Position numbers and translations under genes: made by a program. Under the pieces are notes generated by a model. The model saw nothing but the letters and a program-made list of their open reading frames with translations, did not search any database and had not been told where the DNA came from. From an uncultured bacterium (GTDB lineage: Bacteria > Lernaellota > Lernaellaia > Lernaellales > Lernaellaceae), in the NCBI GenBank assembly GCA_964534375.1, contig CAZHPN010000104.1, forward strand, positions 1 to 20,438: DNA of 20,438 bases, given 5' to 3'. This document shows, piece after piece, positions 15,504 to 20,438 of the stretch (positions are counted from its first letter, which is position 1; each line of letters begins with the position of its first letter).

Positions 15504-17165
15504 ATGACGACCAAGGCTCACGCAACGTTTGGCGATGCGGTCGGAGCAGTTCCGCGTCAAATCGCCGGCGGCGAGTGGCCCGACGCCGTTTTTTCGGGTC
15601 GCCGGAGCGAATCCCAGAGCCGGCCTTGGAGGTGGGTACGCTGCAGTTTCCTGGCGGCGATGGCAGCCGTGACGGCGACCGTATTTTTCGTCTGGCGAAT
15701 CGCGCCGCACTATTTCGATCTGATTGTCTTCTCGCCCAGCCAGTGGCGGCGCCCGCCGGCGAAAGAAATCGCCGCGGCCGACGCGCTGGCGGACCTGAAT
15801 GTCTTGGAGCGCATTCTGCGCACCGGATATGTCGGCTTCGATTACTTTCAACAACGCGGAACGGATTGGCCGGCGTTGTTCGCCCGCAGCCGGGCGGCGC
15901 TGGCGGCCCATTCCGATCCGGTCTCGTGTTGCGATTTCGCCGGGACGATCAACGAGTTGTTTCAGACGTTCGGCGACGAGCATCTGGCCGTCTGGAACGC
16001 CCCGGACTGCCGCTTTGCGCGGCGCTGGGACTTTCCGCTGGCGTCCAACGCGTGGTTTCGCGTCGACGGCAATTCGGCGGTCGTCGACGACGCGGCCCCG
16101 GCCGGCGTTCCGGTCGGTTCGCGGCTGCTCGATTGCGTCGGCCGCGACGTGGCGAAAGATCTTCATTTCGCCGCAAGAAAACGCAACGCTCATTGGCAGT
16201 TCGGCCAGCGGATCATCTATATGACCGACAAAGGCCGCGAGGAAATCACCTGCCATTTTCGCGCGCCGGACGGCAAGACGACCACGGCGAAAGTCGCCAT
16301 GAATTGGCTGGGCGACAAACGGCATCAGCCGTCGAAAACGATCGGCGTCGAGCCCGGCGAAACGACGTATGTGCGTCTGGGCACATGCCGGCCGAAAGAC
16401 GAAATGGAAATTACGCCGTTCTTGGAATCGGCCGGGCCGGCGACGACGGCGCGGGCGATCATCATGGACCTGCGCGGCAATAGCGGCGGCTACACGCTCT
16501 ATTTCGACCAATGGGCCAAGGACCTCTTCCAGGGATCAAAAACGATGGGCGTCCGCGTGCGGCTGGTTAGCGAGACCACGCTGCAAGCGAAAATCAACGA
16601 GGCGACGGACCAGTGGTCGCGCCCCGGAAACGCCCCAAGGCTGGCCGCCTCGACAACGGCTCGAGGCGCGGCGGGCCTCGCGTCGCTGGTCGCGTTTGGC
16701 GCGATCCGGCGCGGCGCGAAGTTGCGTCGTGTGGAACGGTATTCCTGGAGTCTCGCGGGCGGCGCCGAACACCCGTTTGCCGGAAAGATGCTGATGATCG
16801 TCGACCGTGGATGCGCCTCGGCGTGCGAAACGGCGCTCCAGACGGCGCGCGAAGCCTTTGACGCGGTTGTCGTCGGCACGAATACACAGGGCGTGCACAC
16901 GTTCATCGAACCGTGTCCGTACCGGCTGCCAAAAAGCGGACTGGTCGTCCACGTCGCAGGCAAAATGCAGGACCCCGCCTGGTTGGACCGCGGCGAGTTG
17001 CGTGAGGGCCGCGGTTTCGTGCCCGATGTTTGGATCGACCTGCGCGACGACGGCGCCGCCGCCCGCGAGATGGGGGATTGCCTGGCCGACCCGGCCTGCG
17101 CCGAGCAAATTCTGCCGGTCATCAAAAATGCCGGCGAGCGGCGCCGCGACATTTCGGTTTATTAA
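15504..17165 (+). CDS. Membrane-anchored S41 family peptidase
   Basis: IIMDLRGNSGG, IVDRGCASACE (catalytic Ser), VVVGTNTQG and EGRGFVPDV, plus N-terminal FGDEHL and a TM segment (FLAAMAAVTATVFFVW). The start codon is uncertain. Confidence 0.87.
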   Translation: MTTKAHATFGDAVGAVPRQIAGGEWPDAVFSGRRSESQSRPWRWVRCSFLAAMAAVTATVFFVWRIAPHYFDLIVFSPSQWRRPPAKEIAAADALADLNVLERILRTGYVGFDYFQQRGTDWPALFARSRAALAAHSDPVSCCDFAGTINELFQTFGDEHLAVWNAPDCRFARRWDFPLASNAWFRVDGNSAVVDDAAPAGVPVGSRLLDCVGRDVAKDLHFAARKRNAHWQFGQRIIYMTDKGREEITCHFRAPDGKTTTAKVAMNWLGDKRHQPSKTIGVEPGETTYVRLGTCRPKDEMEITPFLESAGPATTARAIIMDLRGNSGGYTLYFDQWAKDLFQGSKTMGVRVRLVSETTLQAKINEATDQWSRPGNAPRLAASTTARGAAGLASLVAFGAIRRGAKLRRVERYSWSLAGGAEHPFAGKMLMIVDRGCASACETALQTAREAFDAVVVGTNTQGVHTFIEPCPYRLPKSGLVVHVAGKMQDPAWLDRGELREGRGFVPDVWIDLRDDGAAAREMGDCLADPACAEQILPVIKNAGERRRDISVY

Positions 17166-17350
17166 CCCCGGCGGGGCGCGAAAACGCAGCGGAACAAACG
17201 GCCCAGGCGCGGAATTTGACGCTCCCGTTCCGGAGAACAAGGTTGTAGTCTGGACGGCGGCGGACGCTTTCGTAGTCGCGCGGGGGCGCGCGTCAACGAG
17301 GCGGGCTCGGCATTTCCATCCGCGGGGACCCGATGAGGGAACGGCATTAG

Positions 17351-18583
17351 ATGAGTCTGCTGCTCGCGATGGCTTGGCGCAACGTCGGACGCAACCGCCG
17401 CCGGACCGCGATCAACCTTTCCGCGATCGCCTTCGCGACGCTGACCATGATCACCATCAGCGCCATTCAGTCCGGTTCCTATGGTCAGATGATCGACGGC
17501 GCGGTGCGCATGCAAAGCGGACATTTGCAGGTGCAGGCCGAAGGGTATCTAAAGGATAACGATATTGCGCTTTCGGTTCCGCATTTGGAGCAAGTCTATG
17601 CCGTCGTGGACCGGCAGCCGGGCGTCGTCGGCGCCACCGGCCGAATCTCCACCGGGATACTGGTGGCTAAGGCGGAGGAGTCTTTCGCGGCCGTCGTGAT
17701 CGGCACGGACGCGGTGCGCGAGCGAAATACATCCAACTGGCCGGCCCTCGTCCGTGAAGGGTCGTTTCTCGACCCGGCCGACGCGACGGGCGCACTGCTC
17801 GGCGGCAAGTTGGCGCGGACGCTCGCGGCGAAGCCGGGCGACGAACTGGTAATTCTCGGACAGGCGGCAAACGGTTCGATGGCCGCTGCGAAGATCCGTG
17901 TGCGTGGGATCATCGAAACCGGGTCGCCGGAAATCGATCGCAGCGCCATTATCATGAACCTGGCGCCGCTTCAGGAAATCATGGCGATGACCGATCGCGT
18001 CAGCAGCGTTGTCGTTCTTTTGGCCGGTTACCAACTCGTTTCCGGGACGCAGGCGGCCCTGGAGCGGCAACTGCGGTCGGTGTCGCCGAACCTGAGCGTC
18101 GTGAGTTGGAAACAACTGAATCCCGGCGTCGCCCAGGGAATCGAGATGGACAATTTCTCGGGAAAGATTCTCGTCTTTATTCTCGTGCTCGTCGTAGCCT
18201 TCGGCATTCTGAACACGTTCCTCATGGGCGTCATCGAGCGGTATCGGGAGTTCGGCGTGATGCTGGCCATCGGCGTCAAACCAGCGACCTGCGCCGGAAC
18301 TGTTCTCACGGAAAGTCAAATACTCACGGCCGGCGGTTTCCTGGCGGGGCTGGCCGTCGCCGCCGCGATCAACGGCTATCTCGGCATCCATGGAATTCCC
18401 CTCTCCAGCGCCAAAGAAATCTACGAGCAATACGGCCTGACGGGATCGATCTATCCGGTATTGACGATCGGAACGGCGTTCCGCGTCTTTCTCCAGGTGT
18501 GGTTCGTCACGACGCTGGCGGCTCTCTATCCTTCCGCGCGGATCATGCGTTTTCGGCCGGTCGACGCCTTGAGGAGCGTGTGA
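17351..18583 (+). CDS. ABC transporter permease, LolC/E-MacB/FtsX family
   Basis: MAWRNVGRNRRRT N-terminus, one TM, a large periplasmic domain, GILNTFLMGVIERYREFGVMLAIG, and a C-terminal YPSARIMRFRPVDALR. Confidence 0.93.
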   Translation: MSLLLAMAWRNVGRNRRRTAINLSAIAFATLTMITISAIQSGSYGQMIDGAVRMQSGHLQVQAEGYLKDNDIALSVPHLEQVYAVVDRQPGVVGATGRISTGILVAKAEESFAAVVIGTDAVRERNTSNWPALVREGSFLDPADATGALLGGKLARTLAAKPGDELVILGQAANGSMAAAKIRVRGIIETGSPEIDRSAIIMNLAPLQEIMAMTDRVSSVVVLLAGYQLVSGTQAALERQLRSVSPNLSVVSWKQLNPGVAQGIEMDNFSGKILVFILVLVVAFGILNTFLMGVIERYREFGVMLAIGVKPATCAGTVLTESQILTAGGFLAGLAVAAAINGYLGIHGIPLSSAKEIYEQYGLTGSIYPVLTIGTAFRVFLQVWFVTTLAALYPSARIMRFRPVDALRSV

Positions 18584-18587
18584 CGCC

Positions 18588-19811
18588 ATGATGACGATGG
18601 TGACCGCCTGGCGAAATCTCTGGCGCAACAAGAGGCGCACATCGATCATCGTGGCGGCGATCGCGATCGGCATTTTCGGAGTGCAGGCGTCCATGGCCTT
18701 CATGAACGGGTGGATCGCGCAGTCCGTCGAAAACATCGTGGGCACGACATTGGGGTACGTGCAGATTCAGGCGCAGGGTTATTACGAAAATCCCTCGTTG
18801 AAATTGTCCCTGCCGCTCGATCCCGGCCTGAAGTCGAAATTGCTGACGGTTCCCTTCGTCAGCGGGGCGTGCCCGCGGCTCAACGATCAGGTGCTGGCCT
18901 CCAACGCGGAACGATCGGAAATCGCCCAGGCCAGCGGCACGGATCCCGCGGCCGAGCCGAGCGTTTCGCTGATCCCGTCGTCCATCATCGATGGACGATG
19001 GCTGCGGCCCGACGACGGCGCCGCCGTGGTAATCGGCGCGGAAATGGCCAAGCGCTTCAAAACGCGGGTCGGCCACCGCCTCGTCGTCCGCGCCAGCCGT
19101 TCGGATGGCGAGTTGACGGAGACCGCCTTGCGGATCGTCGGCATTTTTCGCACCGGCCTCAAGCCGCTGGACCGGAGCATGCTTTACCTCCCGTTGCCGG
19201 CGATGCAGCGGTGGCTCGGCCTGGATGGGCGGGTCACCGAATGGATTGTGAACGCGGTTGCCCCGGATCGCGAAAACGAAATCAAGAAAGCCGTGCAGGC
19301 GCTCAGGCCCGGCGCCGGGTCGGTCGTGACGACCTGGCAGGAGCAGCAGCCGATCCTCGTTCGCATGGCGGACCTGGTGTACACGTTCATGTTCCTCTTC
19401 AACGGATTCTTTTTCGTCGCCATGGCTTTCGGCGTGGCGAATACGATGCTCATGTCCGTCATGGAGCGGACGAAAGAATTCGGCGTCATGCTGGCGCTGG
19501 GGGTGCGGCGCCGCACCATCGTGTCGGTCATCGTGCTGGAAGCGTTATGGCTGGCGCTCTTCGCGAGCGCGGTCGGGAACGGCGTCAGCGCGCTGATCGT
19601 CCGGCATTTCGACCGGCGCGGTCTGGACCTTTCCCGCTGGGTCGAAGGGATGAATTGGCTCGGTTTGCGCGGAATCCTGCATCCGTACTTGCGCCCCGCG
19701 GACATCGCGACGGCCACGGCTGCAACCGTGCTGATGGCGCTGCTGATGGCCCTGTACCCGGCGTGGAAAGCCGTCCGGTTGGCGCCCGTCGAAGCGCTGC
19801 GCCATGTCTGA
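18588..19811 (+). CDS. ABC transporter permease, LolC/E-MacB/FtsX family (second subunit)
   Basis: AWRNLWRNKRRT, GVANTMLMSVMERTKEFGVMLALG and YPAWKAVRLAPVEALR. Paralog of the preceding gene. Confidence 0.93.
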   Translation: MMTMVTAWRNLWRNKRRTSIIVAAIAIGIFGVQASMAFMNGWIAQSVENIVGTTLGYVQIQAQGYYENPSLKLSLPLDPGLKSKLLTVPFVSGACPRLNDQVLASNAERSEIAQASGTDPAAEPSVSLIPSSIIDGRWLRPDDGAAVVIGAEMAKRFKTRVGHRLVVRASRSDGELTETALRIVGIFRTGLKPLDRSMLYLPLPAMQRWLGLDGRVTEWIVNAVAPDRENEIKKAVQALRPGAGSVVTTWQEQQPILVRMADLVYTFMFLFNGFFFVAMAFGVANTMLMSVMERTKEFGVMLALGVRRRTIVSVIVLEALWLALFASAVGNGVSALIVRHFDRRGLDLSRWVEGMNWLGLRGILHPYLRPADIATATAATVLMALLMALYPAWKAVRLAPVEALRHV

Positions 19812-19821
19812 GGAGGCGCTC

Positions 19822-20438
19822 ATGCCGATCGTCGAATGCCGCGGGGTCCGCAAAACGTATCGCGCCGGCAAGGTTCCCGTGCCCGCACTGTCCGGCGTCG
19901 ATCTCGCCGTGGATCGGGGCGAGTTCACCGCGATCGCCGGTCCCTCGGGTTCCGGCAAGACCACGTTGCTCAATCTCATCGGCGCCCTGGATATTCCGAC
20001 CGACGGCGCCGTGTTCGTCGCGGGCCGGAATCTTTTTGCCGAAACGCGGGCGCAGTTGTCCGAGTTGCGGCGGCGTCATCTCGGCTTCGTTTTCCAGGCC
20101 TTCAATCTGATCCCGGTCTTCTCCGCCTTGGAAAACGTCGAGTTCATCCTGATGGTCCAGGGGGTCGGACGCGCCGAGCGGCGGCGGCGCGCGCTGGATA
20201 TCCTGGAACGGGTCGGCCTTGCCGACATGATGCACCGCCGGCCGAACGAACTTTCCGGCGGTCAGCAGCAGCGCGTCGCCGTGGCCCGCGCCATCGTGAG
20301 CCGGCCCGACCTCATCCTCGCCGACGAGCCCACCGCCAACCTCGATAGCCAAACCGGAGCCTCGCTCATGGACCTCATGGTGCGCCTGAACGAAACGGAA
20401 GGGATGACCTTCTTGTTTTCCAGTCACGACCGCATGGT
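19822..20438 (+). CDS. ABC transporter ATP-binding protein, LolD/MacB-type; truncated at the right edge
   Basis: Translated by hand. AGGAGG RBS, MPIVECRGVRKTY, Walker A GPSGSGKT, Q-loop GFVFQAFNL, signature LSGGQQQR, Walker B ILADEPTANLD and H-loop SSHD. Confidence 0.95.
   Translation, partial: MPIVECRGVRKTYRAGKVPVPALSGVDLAVDRGEFTAIAGPSGSGKTTLLNLIGALDIPTDGAVFVAGRNLFAETRAQLSELRRRHLGFVFQAFNLIPVFSALENVEFILMVQGVGRAERRRRALDILERVGLADMMHRRPNELSGGQQQRVAVARAIVSRPDLILADEPTANLDSQTGASLMDLMVRLNETEGMTFLFSSHDRM

Noticed and set aside
17549..20427. Minus-strand ORFs of 398, 177 and 280 aa
   Set aside because: Antisense shadows of the ABC transporter genes.

Overview
GC-rich bacterial chromosomal window with no rRNA, tRNA, CRISPR array or transposase. 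The gene content and protein-sorting features suggest a diderm Deltaproteobacteria/Myxococcota-like lineage (inference only). In order: a 3'-truncated lipoprotein with a GH15-like YxxVWLR[D/E] motif (minus strand, missed by the ORF track); a DUF47 + PiT phosphate-uptake pair; a 1348-aa secreted S8-like peptidase with FG-GAP repeats, an Asp-rich linker and a bare C-terminal KKGGCGC; an uncharacterised 1040-aa exported protein coupled to a 108-aa membrane protein; a membrane-anchored tri-heme cytochrome c; a CLC-CBS transporter; an NhaR-like LysR regulator divergent from an HPF/RaiA-like gene; an S41 peptidase; and a LolCDE/MacB-type ABC operon truncated at the right edge. Three observations stand out. 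(1) The same DDD-repeat linker (identical ADDDTSPA) lies next to an N-terminal lipobox Cys in one protein and next to a terminal CxC-COOH with no transmembrane tail in another, which hints at an undescribed C-terminal cysteine anchoring system. (2) Heptamer-repeat tracts in inverted orientation bracket the unknown two-gene cassette. (3) The nhaR-like gene is predicted to be leaderless.
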